From: Adineta vaga
Taxonomy: Eukaryota; Animalia; Rotifera
Reading direction: 5' to 3'
Length of the DNA: 64,000 nucleotides
NCBI GenBank assembly: GCA_021613535.1
Contig: CP075493.1
Span: 7,192,001 to 7,256,000 of the forward strand
In this document: one piece after another, positions 1 through 15,571 of the stretch
Numbering within the stretch: position 1 is the first letter of the stretch
Layout: each line of letters opens with the position of its first letter
Notes under the pieces: model-generated
What the model saw: the letters and a program-made list of their open reading frames with translations, nothing else
Database searches by the model: none
Told to the model about the DNA's origin: nothing
Program-made: the position numbers and the translations under genes

Positions 1-206
1 TTTAACCATTTTTCTTTTCAATGATCTAAAACACAACAGCCACTTTATATATAAACAAATGCATCGTAAGAGTAAGACAAATCAAACAGATATTGTTTTG
101 TTTAATAAAAAACGAAAGCATGAATAAAATGTGACATGACCACGAGCACGAAAAAAAGAGATCTACTTAAAATAGTTATTATCTTTTGTTGTATAGAATA
201 AAAAAC

Positions 207-1928
<1,722 letters not shown>

Positions 1929-2910
1929 TCAATTAATATTATCGTAAGAACGAATAAGATGAGATGAAACAATATATAACATCGATCGATCAATCAATCA
2001 TCCTTTAGTCATATTTACGAATGAGAGAATATTCCTTTATTTTTTATTAATCAATCGATGTCAAAAATAATCTTCATGAATCATTTTGATGTAAATTAAG
2101 AGGCTAATTCCGAGGAAAGATAGATACATAACCTTAGTATAGCAATAGTAATCAGACGATTAAATGCAATACAAAAATATAATATTATTATGAATCATTC
2201 AATAACCAATCATGTTCGTTCTAAACGATTTACTTACTTTGATCAATATTTCAATTGAAATATCGTTTTTTTTTCCGATTTCAAGTGAATTTTTACAATC
2301 AAACTATTTTTCAGAATTCTTTCGAATCTTAAGTATTCCTTAGAATTTCCTGATAGAAAATAAATTTTATCTGATTGAAAGATGGAGCTGTATGACATGA
2401 GTAGTTCTTTATCAAAATAAAAAAAAGTATTTTTAATTGAATTTTAATGAAAATAAAAATAAAACTTTTTTAATCATGTAGAAAATCTTCTATTTCATTT
2501 CAAATGTTTATATTAGATAAATAGAGACTAAGGAACGATTGGTTGATGACTCATACATATACCGATGTCGCCATCGCCATCCATAAATAAAAAAAAAGAG
2601 AAAGAATGAACTCGAATATCTTCTTTTAAGTTTAATCTTTGTAATGACCTGAAGAAAAATAATCACGATAGTTTCGAAATCATATATTTCCCAGATATTT
2701 GACGAGAGAATCTTTTACCAATGATTCTTGTTCGATTTCTTCCTGGGAAAAAGAAATGTTAAACTGTTGATGAACTTGAAATTTATTTACATATTTTTCG
2801 AGTTAGTGCAGTTTCAACAATGTATATCCGTAAAAAAATTCATGAAAATGAATGACATTTACATTAGATATGAAATACATAATTGAGTATTTTGTTTTCT
2901 CTTGTAGATC

Positions 2911-4229
2911 ATGCCCGTCGAAGATTTATCTGATGAAGGTCTTCCTAAAGTACCAAATCTTGATTTAGCACAATTGAAATTTTTAATAACACTTCAACCC
3001 AATGATAAATCCTTAAAGGAAAAATTATTAGATGGAATAAAAAGCAATAATATGACGCCATTCTATCTTGAATGTGTGAAAGATGGTCAATTATCGTCGG
3101 ATGAAAAATTAATTCAAACCATGCGTCAAGTCAATGACGAAAAGTTAAAAGAATTAAATGATAAAATTGAAGAAAATGAAAAAGCTTTTGGTGATACTGA
3201 AGTTCGCGAAAGTTATCTTGCTAAATCTCAATATTTATCTTTAATTGCTGATCGAGAACAAGCATTAACATGGTTAAGAAAAACCTATGAGAAAACTGTG
3301 ACATTAGGACATCGTTTGGATTTAATCTTTTATCAATTACGTTTAGGTTTATTCTATATGGATCAAGATTTAGTCGAAAGAAATTTAGAAAAAGCAAAAA
3401 CATTAGTTGATGAAGGTGGTGATTGGGATCGACGTAATCGAATGAAAGTTTATCAAGGTTTACGTGCGATGTCAATTCGTGATTTTAAATCAGCTGCTGA
3501 ATTATTTCTCGATACGGTTGCAACATTTACATCCTATGAATTAATGGATTATCAAACATTCGTTACCTATACGGTTATTTGTGCTCTTGTAGCTTTAGAA
3601 AGACCAAAACTACGAGAAAAAGGTAGAAGATTTATTATCTAGAAATTGAATTCTTTAGAAAATCATTCTTTTGTTCTAAATGAATTATTCAAAACAATTA
3701 GATTTTCAAGATATAATTTTTCGTATTGAATTGACTGTTTCAATGAACTCGTCATTTACTTTTCTTTTTTTTAGTTATTCGTGGAAGTGAAATCTTAGAA
3801 ATTCTACATGGTTTACCACTAATTAAAGAATATTTATTTTCACTCTACGAATGTCGTTATGCCGATTTCTTTCGTTGCTTAGCAACAATTGAAGAAAATC
3901 TATTAAGTAAAGATCGTTACTTTGCTCCTCATGCATCCTATTATGTTCGTGAAATGCGTATTATTGCTTATAATCAATTATTACAATCATATTCATCATT
4001 AACAATAAAAGGTATGGCACAATCATTTGGTTGTTCAGAAACATTTCTTGATAAAGAATTATCACGATTCATTGCCAGTGGTCGACTTAATTGTAAAATT
4101 GATAAAGTTCGAGGAATTATTGAAACAACACGACCAGATTCGAAAAATTTTCTCTATCAAGAAGTAATTAAAAAAGGTGATTTATTACTCAATCGTGTCC
4201 AAAAATTAAGTCGAGTCATCAACATTTAA
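2911..4229 (+). CDS. PSMD6: 26S proteasome non-ATPase regulatory subunit 6 (RPN7); one intron ~3623-3774
   Basis: [29 protein letters not shown] domain, C-terminus [19 protein letters not shown]. Confidence 0.96.
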
Positions 4230-4512
4230 TAGACAAATGATTTTACTGAACACTTGAAAAGTTCTTCTTCTTCTTCTTTTTTTTTATATTGTCGAAAGAA
4301 ATGTGAATAAACAAGACTTTTAACATTACTATTGTTGCGTTCTTTTTTTGTTCAAAAACAAACCAATTCTATGTCACAAAATGACAATAACATTTTAGAA
4401 AGATAATAAAACGAAATAAAATCTCGGATACGAATCATTTCATATTTACAGACGCTAGTACATTTTGTTTTTGAATAATCATCAGAGACATCTGAAGGCA
4501 ATTATCTTGTGA

Positions 4513-6280
4513 TTATAAACACTTATTCTCATTTGGACATAATCTTTTTAAAAGAGGCCTTTGGGGACTCGAAAAAAAATTAGATTAACTTGATCTAACT
4601 CTTCTATCTGTATTTGGCTCTACGCACCGGAGAAGATAAACATATAATTCGGAAGATGCTTGAGTTGCATGACCATGAAATCCACATTTATCATGATTTC
4701 TATTTAGGAAATTTTCATGGTAACTCTTTGAAGATTGTGAGATAGATGCAAATCTGAATTGTTTTTTTACCTATATGTTGAAATCAAAATCAAAATTGAA
4801 TGAAGTTTTATAGAAAAGAAAAGTATCCCCCATCTCCTTCATCAATCCTTTTCCATCTGATACAATGAACTTTTCTCTACCAAAGAAAAATATTTTCTAA
4901 AACGCATACGAGATTTTTTTTCATTTTCCATCGCCAATTCGAATGAGGTATATGAGGATTGAAGAAATTTTTCGAAACAAAAGATTAAATAGGTTTACAA
5001 GAACTGGGGATTCTTGTAGATCAAAAGCAGCCTGGATGATCGTGAGATAAACCAAAAAGTATTTAAAAATCTCATGATTCTATTGTATTTTTTACTTTTT
5101 ACTCAACGAATTATATCGATAATTTATTCTAAATAAATAAATTGCGTTTCTAAGGCATATTTTATATCACATATCATATCTTTATTCTATCTTTTGAATG
5201 TAGATCAGAGCAAGAGTTTGAGTGAGAGTACAGTAATGCTGCTTTTCTTTATTGAAATCTAATTAGAAAACAACAAAAAAAGTTAATTAGTATGCAAGAA
5301 GATAAAAAAAGAAGAAGAAGAATGTCAATTTAAAAAATATTTGTTCATCATTAGCATAATTTGATAGTAATTATCCATCACCGAAATCACGAATTGTTTG
5401 TTGTTCTTTTAAGTCATTATAAATCGACAACAATTGTGAATCATCTGATGGAATTGGTCCTGAGTTAGAGTTGGCAACATGACTCATAGATTCAAGTAAT
5501 ATTTCGAATGCATCACCGTCATTTGTTGGTTCCTTTCGACTGTGACCATCTGACGTATTAATTTGATAAAATGATGAACCAGATAGAGAATTAAGTTCAT
5601 ATGTTTGAACACTTTTTGATGATTCTGCACGATGTGGATTTTGTTGTACATTATTGATTAATGTTGTTGATGGTAAATGTGTACATAAATCATCGGGACC
5701 AGCTGCAAGTGGTTCATAAATTGTTTGTATTGATCGATTCATATCAATTTGTGCTGGTGATGACTGCTGACTCGTTTGACTAATTGAGTTATCGTATATG
5801 TATCTATACGAATATTTATTACTTGGATTAAATTTTTTAAAAAATCTTCAGTATTTCGATTTTTAAATCTATATATAAAAGCAAAATTTCTTACTTAACT
5901 CCCCCATTTTCCATTTGAATATCTTCAATTAAATCTAATTTAAATTTTTCATTTAAATTGATTTTAGTGTTCTAAAATTTGTGAAAATTTCATTGTCGTT
6001 TTTGATTAAAAGACAATCTTCTTACTTCCATTTTTTTTTAGATCTGTTGCAATTCGAATATCTTTGTAATACAGATCAATTGAAAATTCTCTTTTATTAC
6101 GATGAGTTGCTAATAGAAGTGTATCGACGACTTCCTTCAGAAAGAAGATAAAAAGCATTTTATGAAACTAATTCATTTTTTTCTTACTGTTTGTGAAGGT
6201 GTTTGAAAGTTCATTTGATGAAAATATGTGAATAAGAATTTTGCTACCAATTCAAACTTTTCTTGTAGTTGTGAGTTCAT
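4513..6280 (-). CDS. Hypothetical multi-exon protein, possibly degenerate
   Basis: Coding-like exons with GT-AG flanks (MNSQLQEKFELVAKFLFTYF...; ORF 5371-5742; ...YVYLLRPQRPLLKRLCPNENKCL*). I could not join all exons in one clean frame and recognise no domain. Confidence 0.4.
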
Positions 6281-6362
6281 GTTTAATAAATCTAAAAATG
6301 AGAAGAGTTTTTAATAAAAAAAGAAGAACAAAGAGATATGCTAGAGATTGTTCACTTTTCAT

Positions 6363-6399
6363 TGACGTCATTTTCTTTCTGTTTAAGTCATCACGTGAC
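6363..6399. promoter_or_regulatory. CRE palindrome (TGACGTCA) plus E-box (TCACGTGAC) ~90-120 nt upstream of the ATG at 6280
   Basis: TGACGTCA at 6363-6370 and TCACGTGAC at 6391-6399. Confidence 0.35.
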
Positions 6400-6794
6400 A
6401 TGTGTCGATAGATACCGATAGATTCAAATGATTTAGTCGTTACTTCTTATGACAAACTAAATTCTTTTCTATATCTGTTTCTTTCGTTTGTCTATTTCTG
6501 TCCATCTCTTATCTTTGGTTATGCAAGATAAATAAGTTCTATTGTGTAGCACATAAAACAATTTCAATTTCTTTTTAATCAATACATTTGTTAACAAACG
6601 TTTATTCAAATAAATTTTCTCATAAAATGTACATTAATCGATAATCTAGTTATCACTGAAATCACTTTTGAGACTTATGTATAACACTATGAATGTATTC
6701 ATTTAAATCTAGTCAGTTTATATCAAAGGATAAAACTCATCATATATCAGTTTTTTAGAACAATAAAAAAACAATTCTCTTTTGTCTATATTTT

Positions 6795-8511
6795 TCAAAA
6801 TATTGGTGAATAACAAATTTTTGCACGAGGAAAGTATTCTTGTAAACAACTGGAATGTTTTTTATCACCATATAAAACTAATTTAATTATTTTAGCACAA
6901 TTAATTCGTGTATCGTCTCTTGTGAAATTATGTGTTATTCGTTGTAAAGCTCTATAGTTGATAGAAAGACTACTATCTTCAAAACACGCTTTAGATTGAA
7001 GTAGAAATTGTTCGATATAATCATCATGAGCACCACCAAGTCTCAAATCATTAAGAAAAGGATATTTAATAACAGATAAATTTCGATTATCATTAAATGA
7101 GTCATAAAATTGTTTGAAATTTTGTGGTTTATCATTGTGAACATCTAATCTTTCCATAAATGGAAATGACTTATGAATTCTATTGAAAAATTCATGTTCA
7201 AATGGACGTTCATCAACTAATGACACTGTACGAACATTAATGAATAATCCACCAGGAAAATTATTTGTAATAATGCCATAATATTGCATTAGAGATGGAT
7301 AAGAATAAGTAAGACATCGAACTTGTCCTAATCTTGAAAAATAATCAATACAAGAAATAACTTTAATATTTAAAAAATCAATAAAAGTCTGTTGAACATC
7401 TTCTGTTGAAGGAAGATTTAATGGATTATTCATAAAAGTAAACGAGTCAATAGAAAATGAAAATCGAATTAATCGTGACATATAATTAATAATATCTTTT
7501 TTCAAATTGTTTCCAAGAATAAATGTTCTATCTTGACATATCGTAAGACATAAACTCAGTTCTTCTAAATTATACATTCTGTGTAACAATGGGAGAACTC
7601 TCTCGTTATAATACCATGTTTCATAATTGCAGAACATAGACAAACGTTTTAGATTTGGTAAATCACCCTGAAAACAAATAAAATTTCTTTCATCAATCTA
7701 TAAAATGAAGTTTTTATACAACTAACTTGATTTTGAATTTCATTTGAAGAACAAATATTAGTTAAATTGACACGAAGCGTATGAAGATGAATAAAACGGC
7801 CATCAAGAAGGCAAAGACAATCATCAAAAGATTGTACATTAATAATCAATTGTAGAAGAGTTGAAGAACGAAAAGTAGGAAGTAATAAATCATCAAAATT
7901 TAATGGAACACGATTTTTATACGATGGTTCACATAGTATTAAAGTAGTCAGACGTGGAAACATAATGAAGATAAAATTAAATATGTTTGCTATTGCTTCG
8001 AACATATCATAGTACTCATTAATCGCAAGAGTAAGTGTTGTTATCTGATTTTTGAAAATTTTCGACAAGTTTTCATCTGTTATTAAATCGTCTATTTGTT
8101 TAGAATAACATTTTATTGAAATTTCTTACCCATAGAAAGATGTCGAACTGATTCTTCAACAATATTGTAAAGACCGAGACTATTTAAATTGGGATAATCT
8201 GTAGCATGTAGAATTTGTTTCACAGATGACGCTTCAAGATCAAGCCGTTTAATTTTATCATGAATATCAGGTAAAATTTGTAAACAATATCGATTTCTTA
8301 TCGCATCACATTGTAATAGATCGATAAAATTACATTTGAAGCACTTAACAAAACTTAGACGACTTGTAAAAATTGAATCATGAACAATTCTATCGAATCG
8401 TTGATTAATACCTTTTAAACAATAAAGAACATCAAAATTATTCAGTTTTTGACAAATCATCATAAGAATTTCATCGGGTAAATCATTTAATCTAGTACAT
8501 GAATATTCCAT
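6795..8511 (-). CDS. F-box domain protein with LRR-like C-terminus (expanded bdelloid-type family); 3 exons
   Basis: F-box LNDLPDEILMMICQKLNNFDVLY; typical family motifs ITNNFPGGLF, DERPFEHEFF, HDDYIEQFL, RITHNFTRDDTRINCAKI; introns near 8079-8129 and 7669-7727. Confidence 0.85.
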
Positions 8512-10073
8512 ATTTATTCTCAATGATATATTCTTTTCAGTTTTTAAACGATTATATTTATGTTCACATTGACGAGATATATAACAATGCATTTTTTTAT
8601 CGTCTAAACTGATAAGGATCAAAACAGACTGAAAAACATCAGACGAATTAAAAGTCAATTAGCCAATATAGTTGATGTGGGTAATGTGAAAAAAAAGGAG
8701 CATACGTGCCTATATCTACACTCCAGTGCACATCCACATCCTCAAGATTCTGACTACGCCACTAGTTGAAAAGTACAACGTTCAAGTTTGACATTACTAA
8801 GACATTGCTGCAGTTTTAATAGCCAGTAAAATTATAGATACCTTCATTCTGATCTCATCGACATCTTCTAAATTTTTTTTCTTTTTAGAAAAACAAATAT
8901 TTACACTGATGAAGAGTTCAAAAGTCTAGCACATCATCATCGCCATTATGAATCAATTATTTTTGCTCGTCACCTTTTTCAATACAGGTAGATTGATATG
9001 AAAAGGCAATTTTTTTGTTATTATCAAACGATGAATAAATTACAAATTTGTCTTAATCTATTCACATAAACAAATTGTTCGTTATTTTCATATTCGTCAA
9101 ATATTTATTCTATAAATAATAAGCGTGAAAAACAAATGATTGGATGTTTTTTGTTTTCGATCTAATGAATAAAACATGATAAAGATCAAGGTATAGGAAA
9201 AAAAATATTATTCTCAGATTTCGATCTTTCCAACTACTGAATGTAGTTTTGATGGAAGATTTTTGTATTAATAACAAAATAATGTTGTTGAGAATGGTTA
9301 TTATGATAATTTAACGGAAAAGGAAATGGAAACTTGTAATTGTAATTTCTTTTTTTTTCGAGCTACATTAATTACATATAACAGTATCGTTCAAGTCCCA
9401 CCTAGCTGGGTGGTTACACTATATGCAATTGGAGAAGCGAGAGAGAGCGAGAAAAAAAACAAGATCTGTCCTTGCTTTTCATTTGAAATTGATTTCCATT
9501 TGACGACTTCCATATATAAGAAGAAGAAGAAGGAAAAGAGGAAGACGTTATTTATATAATAGCTTATTTTCTGTTTTTTTTTCTCCACCTTTTTCATTAT
9601 ATAACACCGACATCTCTTTCTTTTTCTTTTTCTTTGTCACTTATCGTTAATACCTTTAACTAGAGAAATCTTCAAAGATCTCAGCAATAAGTAAGTGTAC
9701 TTATTGATCTTATATTTGACAAATAAAGATTTTTCATGATAAGTATTTGATGAATTAGTTTCACGCCCAACTATTTCAGCTATAAAAACGACAAGTTATA
9801 CTGATGAATGAAAATTTGCCTTTGGCATTTTGTTTATTAATACATTCTTCTTCTTTTTCTTTTTGTAACAAAAATACACAGCTTTGACAAACATTATCAT
9901 AATGACCATCTGTCTTGCATACTCATATTTATAGAATAAACTAGATGATTTTTCGCTATGTAATAACATAAGGTTATCAGTTCTAAAAAACAAACGACTG
10001 GAAATAACACTTTCAAGGCTCATTGTGACGTCGATAGTTATGTTTTGTGAACAATGATAGAAAAGTAATTGTA

Positions 10074-11649
10074 TGACGTCAATGACTATTGACTAATTTC
10101 TTCATTTTTTTATTGTATTCTAAGTGACGCGACATTCTTATTACATAGTAAAAAAAAGATATAATAAACAATATCCTTCGAGACTGAATGAGAATATTTT
10201 GATGGCTTTTCTTTTTTTTTGTATTTACACAATTAATTCGATGATAATATCTTCGCATGAATCGTTCACATACTTTGTACTTTCTAAGGTTTATATATAC
10301 GTCACCGATCTGAAATCTATTCTTTAGAAAATCCTCTTAGGTAAAGTAAGTAATAGTTGTTATTACGAAGTTTTGTTCAAGTTCTCGAGTCATAATTAAC
10401 AAACTAGCTTGATCCTTAAATATCATATAGAAAAAAGAAAGAAAATGAATAATTTTTTGCATTTTTGTCTCACGCTTTCTTTATTTCCGGATGCCTATTC
10501 AAGCAGAGAAACATTTTTTCTTTCCAGAAGTTTTCAAAGTCTTCTAGACTCTTTTTTTTTAGAAAAACTGCATGCAGCTAATAGTTATTTCATTTCAATT
10601 TCTTTTCTTTTCTTTTCTTTAAGTCACAGTTATCCAATTTGTCACTTTTCTTTTTCTAAAGTTCAAATATCATAAGAGTACACTCTACGTAAAAGAACAG
10701 TAAGAAAAATCATCTTCATCTTCTTCTTCTTCTTTTCGTATATATATATATGTGTGTGTGTGTGAGTATACATGATCAAGCTCAAATATCCAAATCTTTC
10801 TTTCTCTTTTTAACATATCGCACTGAGCAAAAGCAACTTTTCAACCTAATTCACTATACATAGACAAACACATATAAATTTCAAAATAAAAAGGTAAGAA
10901 TAGAGTGAACTCAAGAAATAATGATATATGCTGTAGAAAAAAAATGATAATTTAAGAATAATTTAAATAATTTATCGAGACTTTCTTTTTATATCTGAAC
11001 TAAGTTGAAAAGTCATCGCTTTCTTTTGCGTCATATTCAATTTCACCTAGGTATTTCTAGATCAATATTAGTTGTTAACAAGAGAAGGGAAGAAAAATAA
11101 TAAAATCTCTTCAAATGACATGCGTTCTCTCGATTGACGTCATTAATTCCAGATATAATACAATGACATGTGAGAAAATCCTTCATATATGAATGCATAT
11201 ATTTACAAAGCATCCATCAGTTATTCGCATAGTAGACTTTCTGCATATAGATTCTATCAGAAAATATCCTTTACGATGAAAGAAAGACGAAGGATTTTTG
11301 TTTACGTTAGTTTTCAATAACACGCTTTTATATTCATGAACTTATGGAAAACAAAAGGTAGCATATAAATGAGATGAGAACACCAAGAAAACTCATGACG
11401 TCAATTATGCGTTTTACTTGTCAACGGCATATTAAAATCTGTGTCGTTTCTTTTTCTGTTTCATGTGATCGTTTATTCATTGATCACAATATTGTATTGA
11501 CGAAAGCATACTAATCGAAAGACAGTCAGAATTAGTCAGTACCCATGAATGAGTAATGCTGCCGCTTATTATTGCAATATAAATAGTTTGATGTTTGATG
11601 TTTTCTGTGTTCTTTTTTTGCTTCTTCTTCGAAGGTGATATTGACGTCA
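10074..11649. promoter_or_regulatory. Cluster of four perfect CRE sites in the 5' region/UTR introns of the EF-hand gene
   Basis: TGACGTCA at 10074, 11135, 11396 and 11642; near-matches TGACGTCG at 10026 and TGCGTCA near 11027. Confidence 0.6.
10739..10763. repeat. (TA)n(TG)n microsatellite
   Basis: tatatatatatatgtgtgtgtgtgtg. Confidence 0.8.
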
Positions 11650-11883
11650 GCAAATGACTTTATGAATAGATTAATATTTTTCTGTCCTCAAGACAGATTT
11701 CACTTCCTCAGAAGCATTTCAAAATGTCAAACGACATGTCAATCAACTTTATTATCGAATATTCATTAGATTTTATCATTATTTCATCTTTTATAATTGA
11801 AATGAGTGTACATAGGAAAAAAATAATAACAAGTCATCTTACTTCTAGATTATAGAAAGAATATTGTCACATTTTTATATACA

Positions 11884-12557
11884 ATGGCGTACAAATGTCA
11901 AATTGTTCCTGAACTAGCTGCTGCTGTTCATGGCGTAACTGAAGAAATTCCCGTTATTCCTGAAAGTCCATCACCAAAAGCTGCTCGTAGTCGATTAGCA
12001 TCATCTATACGTCAACAAGTTCTTCAAATAACTTCCATATACGTTTATCACCGAGTAATTCACGACAAATTTCTCAAGTTAATGCTCGAAAAGCATTTAC
12101 ATATTTCGATAAGAATCGTGATGGAAAATTAACTATTAAAGAATTTCAATCTGTTATGCACGATTTAGGTTATAAAACGGTTGATAAACGTTTCATTCGA
12201 CAAATGTTTGCTGAAGCAAATCAAAATGGTCATTCACATGTTTTAAGTTATAATGATTTTGTTCAATTTCTTGAATCAAAATTATCATTGACAACACAGA
12301 ATCATTTAGCATTAAACGAAGATTTAAATCTTCTATCAGAACCAAAAATGGAATTTGATATTGAAACATTATTTAATTGTTACGATTTAGATAAAAATGG
12401 TTATATTGAACCAAAAGAATTACGCAAAGTTATGAAACGATTAACGGGAGAGAAGCTATCTAAACGTGATATTGAAGAAATGATCAGTGTTGCTGATAGA
12501 AATGGTGATGGACTCTTAGATAAAAGTGAATTTGCACTTTTATGTGGTGCATTTTAA
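11884..12557 (+). CDS. Calmodulin-like EF-hand protein, with a frame break near 11990-12010
   Basis: EF loops FDKNRDGKLTIKEF, YDLDKNGYIEPKEL and ADRNGDGLLDKSEF. The first EF hand is in a different frame from the ATG at 11884. Confidence 0.8.
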
Positions 12558-12990
12558 TCAATATAACACACAAACAATAATTTGTGTTCATTTTTTTAAA
12601 ATCTTGGCATTATGGCAGATATAGTAAATATATGTAGTGTCTATTGGTTCTGTTGTATGTTCTTGTCAATGTCTTTTACTTGTTATAAGCCTTTTGATTA
12701 CGCAGTTCAAACATATTGTTTTCACATGTCGGATGTAATCCATCCTCTGTACGATATCCTTCCTTTTAATTAGTCTCCATATTGCGAACAATTTTTTTTT
12801 ATTCCACCAGCATTTTTGTTCATGTTTGTCATTGTTTATTAATCTTTTTCGTTTGTTTTTCTTGTAATTTATTATAAGTACTACAAAAGGAAACTAAAGA
12901 AAACAAAAAAAAAAGTAATTAAGCAATCGTATGAATATCTTCTTGTTCTTCATCATCAACATCATCGCTCTATTTTAATGTGAAGTCAGC

Positions 12991-15123
12991 TCAAAGTGGA
13001 ATATTCGCATGTTTTTTCTTGGGATTCTTTAATTTTTTGTTGGCTAATAATTGTAAATCACGACAAATACGTTGTCGTGTTGTATTCGGTTCAATAATAT
13101 CGTCGACAAATCCTCGAACAGCAGCTGGAAATGGATTAGCGAATTTATCGATATATTCACTTTCACGTTTCTTAACATCTTCACCGTGATCACCACGGAA
13201 GATAATTTTGACGGCACCTTGGGCACCCATGACGGCAACCTAAATAGAAAGAAAAAGTAATTAAGAAAACAAAAACGGATTTCATTTCAACTATACTTCA
13301 GCAGTTGGCCAAGCATAATTGATATCACCACGAAGATGTTTAGATGACATAACATCATAAGCTCCACCGTAAGCCTTACGAGTAATAACTGTAATCTTAG
13401 GTACAGTTGCTTCTGCATAAGCGAATAAAAGCTTAGCTCCATGACGAATAATTCCATTATGTTCTTGAGCCGTACCAGGTAAAAATCCTGAAAAAGAATT
13501 ATTTTCAATAGAGTAAATATAAGGAGATTTTGAAAAGAAGAATAGTCGTACCCGGTACATCGACAAATGTTATGATTGGAATATGAAATGCATCACAGAA
13601 TCGAACAAAGCGAGCTCCTTTGACTGAAGAATTAATATCTAGACAGCCAGCTGCTACTTTTGGTTGGTTAGCAACAACACCGACAGTTTGACCATTCATA
13701 CGCGCAAAGCCTTAAAGAAAAAAGAATTCGAATTAAAACAAACCTATTTAATTCAATTCCATGTATTTACCAATGATAATGTTCTTAGCAAATTCAGGCA
13801 TGATTTCAAAGAAATCTTCTTCATCAATAACTGCTTGAATCTATTGAAAAAGAAATGAAAAATTCATCATACTCCTTTTGAATCCAATTTTATCACTTAC
13901 AACTTCTTTCATATCATAAGCAGCAGTTGTTTCTAACGGTACAACTGTATCTAATGAATAAGCTAAACGATCTGGACTATCATCCGATTGACGAATGACA
14001 GGTGCTTGATCTCGATTTGATAAAGGTAAGAAATTGAATAATTCTCTTGTACGTAATAGTGTATCAATGTCATTATCAAACGCACCGTGTGCTACTCCAC
14101 TTTTACTCATATGAGGATCAGCTCCACCTAATTCTTCTTGAGTTACGGTTTCATTTGTTACAGATTTTACCACATCAGGTCCAGTAATGAATAGATATGA
14201 TGATTGACGAACCATGAAAATGAAATCCGTTAAGGCGGGAGAATAGACAGCACCGCCTGCACAAGGACCCTAAATATAGAAAGAAAAAAATAATTATAAA
14301 AACATGATATTCTATATTCTAACTAATAATGAATACATGACTTAAAGCGGAATCTAGATAGGATTACATCTAGTGAGTCGATTTTGTAGCAAGAAGAGGT
14401 TAAAAGAGTTCTTTGCTACCTTAGATATCATGAAAAATAGATTTCTGTACAAAAAAGTAGTCTCGTATTTATTTTACCATAATAAGTGAAAGTTGTGGAA
14501 TAACTCCGCTAGCCATAACATTTCTTTGGAAAATATCTGCATAACCAGCAAGTGATTCAACTCCTTCTTGAATTCTTGCACCACCACTATCATTCAAACC
14601 AATCACCGGTGCACCAACAAGCATAGCTTGATCCATAATCTTACATATTTTTGCTGCATGAACACTAGATAAACTTCCACCGAAAACAGTAAAATCTTGT
14701 GAAAAAATATAAACAGGTCGACCATTAATCAAACCAGAACCGGTTACAACGGAATCACCATAATATTTCTCTTTTTCCATACCAAAATCCGTACAACGAT
14801 GTTGCATAAACATATCATATTCACGAAATGAATTTGCATCTAATAAAACTTCAATTCTCTCACGTGCCGTTAATTTGCCTTGAAGAAGAAAAACAAAGTA
14901 GAACAACAGTAAAATTTCATAGAAATATAATAATCAATAATAAATCCATACCTTTCTTATGTTGAGCATCAATTCGTTTTTTTCCACCACCAAGTAAAGC
15001 TAATTGTCCAACACGTTTAACTTCTTCTTTAACTTTCAATGTGTTCGAAGTTACTAATGTTAATAAACGTGTTTGATTGTAACCATAATTGATTACACGT
15101 AACGCCGATAAACTTCGAAGCAT
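12991..15123 (-). CDS. PCCB: Propionyl-CoA carboxylase beta chain, mitochondrial
   Basis: [63 protein letters not shown]-terminal KKHANIPL; Arg/Leu-rich N-terminal transit peptide. Confidence 0.96.
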
Positions 15124-15571
15124 TTCTTCTAGAATAAAAAAAAGTAAACACATTTATATCAAAACGAACAAGAGAATGAACATCGACGAAAGTTTTATTC
15201 AGATCAATTACATAAAAATGATGAAATCGATTTTCAGCGATTAATCTTTATGAATAATAGTATTGAAAACTTTATTTGTACTTGAGCATTCGATGATAGT
15301 AAGAATAACATCTATCTAATGTTTCTAAATAAAGAATGAAATAAGAATATAATTGATATATTAATGTTCACTTACCAATGATTCTATATTTCTTGATTAA
15401 AATTTAGACAAAATGACAATTGATATCTTTACTTTGTTTTGTATTTCGCGTTCATCCTAATATTTATATGTACAATTCGAAAAAGAAACAATTAAAATTA
15501 CAATGCAAATGAAAACATATCCAACAAATATAATGAAAAACAATTCATTGATATATACATATATTCTGACA

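Noticed and set aside
9326-10675. Short F/K/L-rich ORFs on both strands
   Set aside because: Translations of AT-rich UTR or intron sequence; no domain or exon structure.
12060-12080. AAATTTC as a -1 ribosomal slippery site for the EF-hand gene
   Set aside because: It is in the wrong phase relative to the ATG frame, and no downstream stimulatory structure is evident.
12980-13260. Plus-strand ORFs antisense to PCCB, and similar shadow ORFs elsewhere
   Set aside because: Antisense or alternative-frame shadows of real coding exons.
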